A DNA stretch of 64,000 bases from an uncultured Christensenella sp. (lineage in GTDB: Bacteria; Bacillota; Clostridia; Christensenellales; CAG-917): assembly GCA_910577815.1 (NCBI GenBank), contig CAJTNO010000001.1:284557-348556 (forward strand), given 5' to 3'. The position numbers and the translations under genes were made by a program. Below are positions 18,048 to 26,637 of the stretch, one piece after another. The notes beneath the pieces are model-generated. The model did not search any database. It worked only from the letters and a program-made list of their open reading frames with translations, and was not told where the DNA came from. Within the stretch, counting starts at the first letter, position 1. Every line of letters begins with the position of its first letter.

Positions 18048-19940
18048 ATGAAAAGAGTCAAGGACAGTTACGCTTGTTATCTGTTTCACGAAGGCACTAA
18101 TTATCAGGCGTATAAAATGTTTGCGCCGGTCAAGGGCGTGGAGAACTGCGTTGACGGCTGGTATTTTTCCGTTTGGGCGCCAAACGCCAAGGCGGTTTCG
18201 GTCGTGGGCGATTTCAATAACTGGGACGCGGGTAAAACTCCTATGACTCCGTCGGACGACGGCATCTGGATGACCTTTGTGCCCAATCTCAAGCAGTACG
18301 ACGTTTATAAGTACGCCGTCACCGACAAGTACGGCAAGACGGTTTTTAAGTGCGACCCCTACGGCTTGCATTTCGAGACCGCGCCCGCAAACGCGTCCAA
18401 GCTGTACGACCTGTCCGGCTATCGCTGGAAGGACAGAAAGTGGATGAAGGACAGGGAAAATTACAATCCCTACGGCAGTCCTATGAATATCTACGAGATG
18501 CATTTCGGAAGCTGGCGCAGATACGACGACGGAAATTTTATCAATTATACCGCTATGGCGGACGAGGTTATCCCCTACGTCAAAAAGATGGGCTATACGC
18601 ATATAGAGATTATGCCGCTTACGGAGTATCCGTTTGAGGGCAGCTGGGGCTATCAGGTCACCGGTATGTTTGCGCCTACCTCGCGCTACGGCACTCCCAA
18701 GGACCTTATGGAATTTATCGACCGCTGTCACAGGGCGGGGATAGGCGTCATCCTCGACTGGGTGCTTGCGCATTTCCCGCGCGACGAACACGGTCTGAGC
18801 AATTTTGACGGCACGCCTCTTTACGAGTACGCCGACCCGCGCAAGGGCGAGCATAAGGAGTGGGGTACCAAAATTTACGATTTCGGCAAAAACGAGGTCA
18901 AATCCTATCTCATATCCGCGGCTATGTTCTGGTTTGACATCTATCACATCGACGGCATTCGCTGCGACGCAGTAGCAAGTATGCTCTATCTCGATTACGG
19001 CAGAAAGGACGGCGAATGGGTGCCCAATCAGTACGGCGGCAACTACAACCTCGAGGCAAGGGATTTCTTGCGTCAGATGAATACCGCTATCCTTTCCAAA
19101 TATCACGGCGCGCTGACTATCGCGGAGGAATCCACCGCGTATCCTATGATTACAAAGCCCGCTTACGACGGCGGTCTCGGCTTCAACTTCAAGTGGAATA
19201 TGGGCTGGATGAACGACAGCCTGCACTATATTTCGACGGACCCCTTCTTCAGAAAGGACAATCATAACGACCTTACCTTTGCCATTACCTACGCGTACAG
19301 CGAAAACTATATCCTGCCTATCTCCCACGACGAGGTGGTGCACGGCAAGTGCAGTATGATAAATAAATTCCCCGGCGACTACGACCAGAAGTTTGAGGAT
19401 TTAAAGGCGTTTTACGGCTTTATGATTGGTCATCCCGGCAAAAAGCTCAACTTTATGGGCAACGAGTTTGCTCAGTTTATAGAGTGGAATTATTCGCAGC
19501 CGCTCGACTGGTTTTTGCTGAATTATCCGCGACATAAGTCGTTTCAGAAATTTATCAAGGATTTGAACGCGTTTTATCTCGAGAACAAGTCGCTCTGGCA
19601 GCTCGATTGCAGCTACGACGGCTTTAAGTGGATTGTCGTTGACGACAATACTCAGAACATCGTGTCCTTTATGCGCCGCGCCGCGGACGGCGAGTACGTT
19701 ATTTGTATAGTCAATTTCTCGCCCGTCGAGCGCAATAAGTACGTTATGGGCGTGCCCGAGGGTGTAACCTATAAGGCGGATTTGTATTCCGCGCTCAAAA
19801 AATACGGCGGTGAGGAGGAAAGACGTCCCTCCTTCCGCGCCACTGCCAAGCCCTCGCACGGCTATCCGTATTCAATCAAGGTCAACATTCCCAAAAATTC
19901 GGTTATGTTTTTAAAGCCCGAATATAAGGAAAGTAAATAA
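18048..19940 (+). CDS. glgB: 1,4-alpha-glucan branching enzyme
   Basis: 630 aa GH13 enzyme: WGYQVTGMFAPTSRYGTP, GVILDWVLAHFP, IDGIRCDAVASMLY, TIAEESTAYP, LPISHDEVVHGK. Confidence 0.93.
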   Translation: MKRVKDSYACYLFHEGTNYQAYKMFAPVKGVENCVDGWYFSVWAPNAKAVSVVGDFNNWDAGKTPMTPSDDGIWMTFVPNLKQYDVYKYAVTDKYGKTVFKCDPYGLHFETAPANASKLYDLSGYRWKDRKWMKDRENYNPYGSPMNIYEMHFGSWRRYDDGNFINYTAMADEVIPYVKKMGYTHIEIMPLTEYPFEGSWGYQVTGMFAPTSRYGTPKDLMEFIDRCHRAGIGVILDWVLAHFPRDEHGLSNFDGTPLYEYADPRKGEHKEWGTKIYDFGKNEVKSYLISAAMFWFDIYHIDGIRCDAVASMLYLDYGRKDGEWVPNQYGGNYNLEARDFLRQMNTAILSKYHGALTIAEESTAYPMITKPAYDGGLGFNFKWNMGWMNDSLHYISTDPFFRKDNHNDLTFAITYAYSENYILPISHDEVVHGKCSMINKFPGDYDQKFEDLKAFYGFMIGHPGKKLNFMGNEFAQFIEWNYSQPLDWFLLNYPRHKSFQKFIKDLNAFYLENKSLWQLDCSYDGFKWIVVDDNTQNIVSFMRRAADGEYVICIVNFSPVERNKYVMGVPEGVTYKADLYSALKKYGGEEERRPSFRATAKPSHGYPYSIKVNIPKNSVMFLKPEYKESK

Positions 19941-20002
19941 ATTCCGCCGTCGCCCGGGACGGCGGCTATCACAATTTTTCCCGACTGTAAGGAGGATAGA
20001 TA

Positions 20003-21199
20003 ATGAGCAAAACTTCTAAAAAGGAATGTATCGCAATGCTGCTCGCCGGCGGTCAGGGTACGCGCCTTGGCGTTCTCACCGCTAACGTGGCAAAGCCTGC
20101 CGTTCCCTTCGGCGCGAAATACCGTATAATCGATTTTCCGCTGTCCAACAGCATTAACAGCGGCATAGACACCATCGGCGTTCTCACGCAGTACAGACCC
20201 TTCGAGCTGCATCAGTACATCGGAAACGGTCAGCCCTGGGACCTCGACAGATTAAGCGGCGGCATTTACGTTCTGCCTCCCTATATGGGCGCGAAGTCCG
20301 GCGAGTGGTATAAGGGTACCGCCAACGCCATTTATCAGAATATCGATTTTATAGATAACTACGACCCCGAATACGTCGTTATCCTGAGCGGCGACCACAT
20401 CTATAAGATGGATTACCACGATATGCTCAAGGACCATAAGAAAAACAACGCCGACTGCACTATAGCCGTGCGCGACGTGCCTATCGAGGAGGCGAGCCGC
20501 TTCGGTATCCTCAACCTCAGGCGCAACTCCCGTCAGATAGAGGAGTTTGAGGAAAAGCCGAAGCAGCCGAGAAGCACCAAGGCTTCTATGGGTATTTATA
20601 TATTTACCTGGTCCAAGCTCCGTCAGTACCTCGTGGACGACGAGAACGACAAGACGAGCGAAAACGATTTCGGTAAAAATATAATACCCAAGATGCTGAA
20701 CGACAATCAGAGACTGTTTGCCTATCAGTTTGACGGATATTGGAAGGACGTGGGAACGATATCCTCGCTGTGGGAGGCCAATATGGACATCCTGCGCGGA
20801 AGCGAGCTCAATCTCGACGACGACAAGTGGAAGATTTACGCGCGTAACAACGCCGAGCCGCCGCAGTTTATAACGCCTACGGGCAAGGTTTCCAACTGCC
20901 TTGTGTCCGAGGGTACCGTTATCAAGGGCACCGCTAAAGACAGCATTGTTTCGCACTCCGTCACGATAGGCGAGGGCGCGTATGTGGAGGCGTCCATTAT
21001 TATGCCCGGCGCGGTTATAGAGGACGGCGCAGACGTAAGATATTCCATTATCGGCTGGAACGCCGTTGTGGGTAAAAACGCTATGGTCGGCGAAACTCTC
21101 GACCAGTGCCGCCCCGGCGAGTGGAAGATTAGCGTCATCGGTCCTAAATACGAGCTGCCCGCCGACTCCGTCGTGGGCGCAAACGAAATGTTGGGTTAA
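20003..21199 (+). CDS. glgC: Glucose-1-phosphate adenylyltransferase
   Basis: [40 protein letters not shown], and a C-terminal left-handed beta-helix. Confidence 0.93.
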   Translation: MSKTSKKECIAMLLAGGQGTRLGVLTANVAKPAVPFGAKYRIIDFPLSNSINSGIDTIGVLTQYRPFELHQYIGNGQPWDLDRLSGGIYVLPPYMGAKSGEWYKGTANAIYQNIDFIDNYDPEYVVILSGDHIYKMDYHDMLKDHKKNNADCTIAVRDVPIEEASRFGILNLRRNSRQIEEFEEKPKQPRSTKASMGIYIFTWSKLRQYLVDDENDKTSENDFGKNIIPKMLNDNQRLFAYQFDGYWKDVGTISSLWEANMDILRGSELNLDDDKWKIYARNNAEPPQFITPTGKVSNCLVSEGTVIKGTAKDSIVSHSVTIGEGAYVEASIIMPGAVIEDGADVRYSIIGWNAVVGKNAMVGETLDQCRPGEWKISVIGPKYELPADSVVGANEMLG

Positions 21200-21213
21200 G
21201 GAGGAAATTATCT

Positions 21214-22329
21214 ATGAAAAATCATACTATGAGCGTACTGTTTGCATCCGACGCCGAGAGCCATCTCAACGACCTGACTATTCACCGTACCACCGCGTCG
21301 CTCCCATTCGGCGGTCGTTACCGTCTTATCGACTTTGCGCTGTCCAATCTGGTCAGCTCCAATATCACTACTATAGGTATCATAACGCGCAATAACTATA
21401 ACTCGCTTATGGACCATATCCGTATGGGGCGCGACTGGGACCTCAACAGAAAAAACAGCGGTATAACCGTTTTCCCGCCCTTCGTTTTCAACAGCGCGCA
21501 CGAGGTCTATAAGGGTAAAATTGAAGCTCTTTACACGCTGCGCGGCTTTATGATGAGCAATAACGAGGAGTACGTTGTCATTGCAAATACCAATATCGCC
21601 TGCAATATCGATTTCGAGGAGGTGGAAAAATTCCACATCGAAAAGGGCGCGGATATTACCGTCCTCACCCATTACACCGACGATACCAATCCGCGTAAGA
21701 TTATTATTTCCTCGGACAAAAACAACCGTATAACCGATATGCGCTATCCCGTTGCAAGCGATACCGGCAAGCAGAGATGTAACCTCAATATCTACTATAT
21801 CAAAAAGGATTTGCTTATTTCGCTTGTGGATAACGCTTATGCTCACGGCGCGTACGACTTTGAAAAGGATATCCTGCAAAAGAAGCTGGACGAGCTCTAT
21901 ATTATGAACTACGAGGTGAAGGATTACGTAGCCGTTATCGACCGTATTCCCACCTATTTCAAGCGCAGTATGGAGCTGCTCGACCCCGCCGTGCGCGAGG
22001 AGCTGTTCTATAAGCATTCTACCATTCTCACAAAGGTTAAGGACAGCGTTCCCGTCAAGTACAAGGAGGGCGCAGACGTCAAAAACTCAATTATCGCCGA
22101 CGGCTGCGTTATTGACGGCACCGTGGAAAACTCCATTCTGTTCCGTAGCGTCAAGGTCGGCAAGGGCGCAGTTATCAGAAATTCAATCATAATGGAGGAT
22201 TCCATCATTATGGACGGCGCGTCGCTTGATTACACAATTACCGATAAGGACGTTATAATTCAGTCCGGACGTACTCTCAGCGGCTATGAGAGCTATCCTA
22301 TGGTGGTGGTAAAGGGCAAAGTCATATAA
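21214..22329 (+). CDS. glgD: Glucose-1-phosphate adenylyltransferase regulatory subunit GlgD
   Basis: Paralogue of GlgC lacking the GGxGxR motif (RTTASLPFGGRYRLIDFALSN). Position right after glgC is typical for Firmicutes. Confidence 0.88.
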   Translation: MKNHTMSVLFASDAESHLNDLTIHRTTASLPFGGRYRLIDFALSNLVSSNITTIGIITRNNYNSLMDHIRMGRDWDLNRKNSGITVFPPFVFNSAHEVYKGKIEALYTLRGFMMSNNEEYVVIANTNIACNIDFEEVEKFHIEKGADITVLTHYTDDTNPRKIIISSDKNNRITDMRYPVASDTGKQRCNLNIYYIKKDLLISLVDNAYAHGAYDFEKDILQKKLDELYIMNYEVKDYVAVIDRIPTYFKRSMELLDPAVREELFYKHSTILTKVKDSVPVKYKEGADVKNSIIADGCVIDGTVENSILFRSVKVGKGAVIRNSIIMEDSIIMDGASLDYTITDKDVIIQSGRTLSGYESYPMVVVKGKVI

Positions 22330-22334
22330 AATCA

Positions 22335-22690
22335 GCGCAAATCACAGCGCAACACCCGCAAAGCGGTTATTGCGCGAGTGAAAGCTTGATTTTATATCGG
22401 CTACCGCGTAAAAGTTTGTTGTACTGTACACTTTAACCGACGTTGTAAACACTTGCAACGCTCCGTACAAACTTTTACTTGGTTGATGCAAGCGGAATAA
22501 ATATATAAAACGGCGCAAATCACGGCGCAACACCCGCAAAGCGGTTATTGCGCGAGTGAAAGCTTGATTTTATATCGGCTACCGCGTAAAAGTTTGTTGT
22601 ACTGTACACTTTAACCGACGTTGTAAACACCTGCAACGCTCCGTACAAACATTGTATAAACGGAAAAATTATATAAGGAGAAATCAATAT
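22335..22690 (+). repeat. Tandem duplication, period 178 nt, two copies
   Basis: 138-nt cores at 22335-22472 and 22513-22650 differ at only two positions (A22346/G22524, T22453/C22631). The 40-nt tails are only loosely similar. Confidence 0.95.
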
Positions 22691-22693
22691 CGA

Positions 22694-23362
22694 ATGAACA
22701 TAGACGAAAAGTATTTTAACGAGTCGCAGATGCAAGCCAACACCGTAGAGGATGTCCTCGACGGTGGCGAGTCCGTTCTTTGGCGCGGTAAGCCCGATAA
22801 AAAGGCGCATATCGCCGCCGCTGTGTTCAGAGCGTTGCCTATTACGATAATTTGGATGATTTTCGACTTCGGATTTATAATAGGTATTTCCATAGGTATG
22901 TCGCGCGGCGGAATTCCGCTTGCTCTGCTCGGCTTTATTATTCCGTTTTTCCTTGTGCATCTCGCTCCCGTGTGGATTTGGGTTGCAAATATTTTAAGGT
23001 CCGTTACGGAAATCAAAAATATGGAGTACGTTTTGACCGATAAACGCGTATTAGTACGCTCGGGCGTAATCGGCATAGATTTTAAGTCTATATATTATAA
23101 CGAGGTGGAAAGCGTAAACGTAAAGGTCGGTCTGACTGATAGAATATTTAAGGTCGGCGATATTTACATCAATGCCAAGTCCTCCGCCGCGGTGCTGTAT
23201 GATTTGCATAATCCATACATTCTCGGCGGAAAAATCCAGAAGGTCGTCAGGGATATCGCTACGGATATAAATTATCCCAACGCGCTTCGCCCCGATTATA
23301 ACCCCGGATATAATACTCAATATTCGGACAGTCCTTTTGAAAGTCAACCGTTCGACAATTAA
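22694..23362 (+). CDS. Bacterial PH-domain (YdbS/YdbT-like) membrane protein
   Basis: ESVLWRGKPDKK, then two TM helices, then YVLTDKRVLVRSGVIGIDFKSIYYNEVESV, the bPH_2 pattern. ATG 22694 follows AAGGAG. Confidence 0.7.
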   Translation: MNIDEKYFNESQMQANTVEDVLDGGESVLWRGKPDKKAHIAAAVFRALPITIIWMIFDFGFIIGISIGMSRGGIPLALLGFIIPFFLVHLAPVWIWVANILRSVTEIKNMEYVLTDKRVLVRSGVIGIDFKSIYYNEVESVNVKVGLTDRIFKVGDIYINAKSSAAVLYDLHNPYILGGKIQKVVRDIATDINYPNALRPDYNPGYNTQYSDSPFESQPFDN

Positions 23363-23393
23363 GAGAACGTTTGTATATTTACGAGGTGGAATT

Positions 23394-24818
23394 ATGAAAA
23401 TTTTGTTTGTAACATCAGAGGCCGCGCCCTTTGCAAGGTCCGGCGGTCTCGGCGACGTCGCGGGCGCGCTTCCGCAGGCGTTTAACAAGGCGGGTAACGA
23501 TTGCAGAGTTATTATGCCTTTCTATAAGGATGAAATAAATGCGGATTTTCAACATAATTTCCGCTACGTTGCCTCTACCTACGTCGATTTGAGCTGGAGA
23601 CGTCAGTACTGCGGTATATTCGAGGCGGTCTACGGCGGCGTTACCTATTATCTGATTGACAACGAGTATTACTTTAAGCGCAGAGGCTTATACGGTCATT
23701 TCGACGACGGCGAGAGATTTGCGTTCTTCTCAAAAGCCGTTCTCGAGGTGCTTCCGCTTATTGATTTCTTCCCCGACGTTCTGCACGCAAACGACTGGCA
23801 TACCGCGCTTACTCCCGTGTTCCTCGACGTGTTCTATCGCTTCTCCGAGGAGTATCAGCATATCAAAACCGTGTTTACCATCCATAACATAGAGTTTCAG
23901 GGTAAGTACGGCGACAGCCTTATAGGCGATATCCTCGGCTTGCCGGACTGGGCGCGCTCCATTGTTATGAACGGCGACTGCGTGAACTTTATGAAGGGCG
24001 GCATCGAGGCGTCCAACGCCGTCACCACCGTCAGCGAAACCTATGCGGGAGAGATACTCGACCCATTCTATTCCTACGGACTGGAGGGTATCCTTTCTCA
24101 GCGCCGCTTTAAGCTGCACGGAGTTGTCAACGGCATCGACCAGAAGGAATACGACCCCAAGCACGATAAGCGTTTGTTTGCTCAGTACGGCGTAAAGGAT
24201 TTTGCCAAGGGTAAGGCGGAAAATAAAAAGGCGCTTTGCGAAATGATAAACCTCGGCTTCGACGAAAACCGTCCGATTGTCGCTATGGTTACAAGACTCA
24301 CCGAGCAGAAGGGTATGGACCTCGTAAGCGCAGTTATCGACGACATTATGCGCGCCGATATCCAGATGGTCATTCTCGGCACGGGAGATTGGAAATATGA
24401 AAATATGATAAAGTCCGTGGAAGGCAGATATCCCAATAAGTTCAGAGCGATACTTGCTTTCTCGCAGGACCTCGCAAGCAAGCTTTATGCCGCAAGCGAC
24501 CTGTTCCTTATGCCAAGCAAATTCGAGCCTTGCGGACTTTCTCAGCTTATTGCTATGCGCTACGGCTCAATTCCCATCGTGCGCGAGACGGGCGGGCTTA
24601 AGGATACCGTGCCTGCTTATAACTGCGAGACGGGCGAGGGCAAGGGCTTTACCTTTAAGACCTACAACGCTTACGATATGCTCGACGCAGTATGGCGCGC
24701 ATATGCCTGTTTCCACGATAAGCCGCAGTGGAATAACGTCGTTAAAAATGCTATGAAATCCGATTTCGGTTGGGATGTGTCGGCACAGCGTTATCTTGAA
24801 ATATTCAAAAACCTGTAA
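23394..24818 (+). CDS. glgA: Glycogen synthase (ADP-glucose type)
   Basis: MKILFVTSEAAPFARSGGLGDV, HANDWHTAL, MPSKFEPCGLSQLIAMRYG. Start at ATG 23394 after GAGGTGGA. Confidence 0.93.
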   Translation: MKILFVTSEAAPFARSGGLGDVAGALPQAFNKAGNDCRVIMPFYKDEINADFQHNFRYVASTYVDLSWRRQYCGIFEAVYGGVTYYLIDNEYYFKRRGLYGHFDDGERFAFFSKAVLEVLPLIDFFPDVLHANDWHTALTPVFLDVFYRFSEEYQHIKTVFTIHNIEFQGKYGDSLIGDILGLPDWARSIVMNGDCVNFMKGGIEASNAVTTVSETYAGEILDPFYSYGLEGILSQRRFKLHGVVNGIDQKEYDPKHDKRLFAQYGVKDFAKGKAENKKALCEMINLGFDENRPIVAMVTRLTEQKGMDLVSAVIDDIMRADIQMVILGTGDWKYENMIKSVEGRYPNKFRAILAFSQDLASKLYAASDLFLMPSKFEPCGLSQLIAMRYGSIPIVRETGGLKDTVPAYNCETGEGKGFTFKTYNAYDMLDAVWRAYACFHDKPQWNNVVKNAMKSDFGWDVSAQRYLEIFKNL

Positions 24819-24835
24819 TTTAGTTTATATATTAT

Positions 24836-24900
24836 AAAAACACTTTTGCTTACAGTCGCGTACGTTTATTTGCGTTATGTCGTTAGCGAAAGTGTTTTTT
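24836..24900. terminator. Long hairpin terminator after glgA, shared with the convergent orphan gene
   Basis: AAAAACACTTT (24836-24846) pairs with AAAGTGTTTTT (24889-24899) around a partly self-complementary interior. Confidence 0.5.
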
Positions 24901-24932
24901 ATTAACCGAATTATAGATTTTTGACTGACTAA

Positions 24933-26105
24933 TTAAATTTTATTGAGTTTATAATAATTCTCAAAATTAGCTGTGCTTCGGCTATCGTATTGAGTTAACA
25001 GATTGTTAAAGTCTGTTTCTAATTTATTTATAATATCTATATTGTTAATATTGGTATCGGTTTTTAACCTGCTACATAAGATAATATAGGTATTTGCAAT
25101 CGTATAATATAGCATTATAGATATTTCAAAATAATGTAATAAGGGATATTTGGCTACGGAAGTTGTTCCGTGTGTGTATCCGTTACATATTTTGTATAAT
25201 GAATACAAATAATCGAAATGCGTCGAATGTTGATTGTTATACTTCTTTTTTAAATATTTTATAATTCCGTTTAGCGTATAGGATTGTGCTCCGCATACCC
25301 CAAAATCATCAATTAAATCCAGCCATCCAAAATGCAAATAGTCTATTTTATTTTTACACTTTTTATTTTTTCTGTTCTCAAATAAATCATTGAATTCTTT
25401 GGGATAATTTTGATTGCAGCAAGATTGCATCAATTCATATTCAGTAAATTTATAATAAGCATTAGTTACTGTTTCTGGACAGTTTAATAATAATAGCAAC
25501 TTTATGTATAATTCTATTATACCTCTACAAATTGGGTAGGCATTATCTAAAAAATTATCTTCAAGTAGAGAAAGTGCTGCCGTTCCTTTATTGGAGATTG
25601 TTGTAAAAATAGTATAATAAATATCTTTTGTTGTATACGATGTAAGCAATTCGTTCATTCTTAAACATAGAACAAATATATTATAAGGTATATGGAAGAA
25701 TATAAAACTTTCACCTTCTACTATAGCTTGTTTACGGAAATATGCACTTCCATAATCTCTTAGTTTGATATTTTCTATAACTTGATTTATCAATAAATTT
25801 TTATATTCTTCGTCACTTTCTTTCTTTATTCGCTCATCTTCTGTTTCAAAAACGAGATTAGAACGGTGTAAACCTACTATGTGACGGCAAATATCGTAAA
25901 ACGGCAATTCTATATTAGCAGAAACTAATTTTTTATTATCGGGCAATTCTAAATCATAGTACTTGGAAATTTTGTTGCCGAGATTATCGATTACTTTATA
26001 CATTATCTCTAAAAGAAAATTGCCTTTGATTTTGCCGCTGAAAAGTTGTCGTAGTGATTTATTTAATACCTTTTTATAATTTTCGGGACAATTAAAATCA
26101 AACAT
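24933..26105 (-). CDS. Orphan AT-rich hypothetical protein (390 aa)
   Basis: Long uninterrupted ORF whose composition is sharply AT-richer than its neighbours. The start is 3 nt after the dut stop. Predicted all-helical. No family recognised. Confidence 0.6.
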   Translation of the reverse strand: MFDFNCPENYKKVLNKSLRQLFSGKIKGNFLLEIMYKVIDNLGNKISKYYDLELPDNKKLVSANIELPFYDICRHIVGLHRSNLVFETEDERIKKESDEEYKNLLINQVIENIKLRDYGSAYFRKQAIVEGESFIFFHIPYNIFVLCLRMNELLTSYTTKDIYYTIFTTISNKGTAALSLLEDNFLDNAYPICRGIIELYIKLLLLLNCPETVTNAYYKFTEYELMQSCCNQNYPKEFNDLFENRKNKKCKNKIDYLHFGWLDLIDDFGVCGAQSYTLNGIIKYLKKKYNNQHSTHFDYLYSLYKICNGYTHGTTSVAKYPLLHYFEISIMLYYTIANTYIILCSRLKTDTNINNIDIINKLETDFNNLLTQYDSRSTANFENYYKLNKI

Positions 26106-26108
26106 ATT

Positions 26109-26552
26109 TTATTTTCCTGTAGAGCCGAAGCCGCCTGCACCTCGGACTGTGTCGTCAAGCGTTTCGCTTTCAATGAGATTTGCAGTTACGTAGGGCGCGA
26201 ATACTATCTGCGCTATGCGCTCGCCGTTTTCGACCGTCTTTGCAGAGCTTGAATGATTGTGCATTGCAACCATAATCTCGCCGCGGTAGTCGCTGTCTAT
26301 TACTCCCACCTTGTTTGCGGGGGCAAGTCCTTGCTTGCAGGCAAGTCCGCTGCGGGCGTATACAAGTCCTACAAGCCCGTCGGGTATTTCGACCGCTATT
26401 CCCGTTTTTATAAATACAGTTTCGCCTGCGTTTATGCTTACGCTGTCGCAGTCAAGACACGCGTATAAATCCGCGCCCGCCGCTCTTTCGCTGCCGTATC
26501 TGGGGAGCTGTGCGTTTTCGTTTAGTTTTTTAACTCTCACTGTAGCTTGCAT
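26109..26552 (-). CDS. dut: dUTP diphosphatase
   Basis: 147 aa trimeric dUTPase motifs: AGADLYA, RSGLA, GVIDSDYRGEI, RGAGGFGSTG. Confidence 0.92.
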   Translation of the reverse strand: MQATVRVKKLNENAQLPRYGSERAAGADLYACLDCDSVSINAGETVFIKTGIAVEIPDGLVGLVYARSGLACKQGLAPANKVGVIDSDYRGEIMVAMHNHSSSAKTVENGERIAQIVFAPYVTANLIESETLDDTVRGAGGFGSTGK

Positions 26553-26637
26553 ACGTTTTTCCTCCGCATTTCATAATCGGATTATATACTAAAAGCGTTG
26601 CGGTTGCAACGCTTTTTGCGTATTGGGAATATCAAGC

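Noticed and set aside
17913-19343. 476-aa ORF on the minus strand. Similar long antisense ORFs occur at 3471-4502, 10420-11253, 20252-20956, 21208-22017, 27848-28618, 41284-42093, 57265-58653, 58780-59451, 60308-60904 and 62556-63227.
   Set aside because: Each lies entirely antisense to a confidently identified gene (glgB, ypeB, alaS, glgC, glgD, copA, the SPFH gene, leuS, serS, rubrerythrin). Each has a low-complexity, Arg/Val/Gly/His-rich translation typical of shadow frames in GC-rich coding DNA.
22335-22650. Tandem 138-nt units as a DGR template/variable repeat pair. Also minus-strand ORFs 22342-22539 and 22520-22960.
   Set aside because: There is no reverse transcriptase nearby. There are only two differences, just one of which involves an A, and the repeats are intergenic. 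The minus-strand ORFs merely read through the duplicated DNA and overlap the real PH-domain gene antisense.
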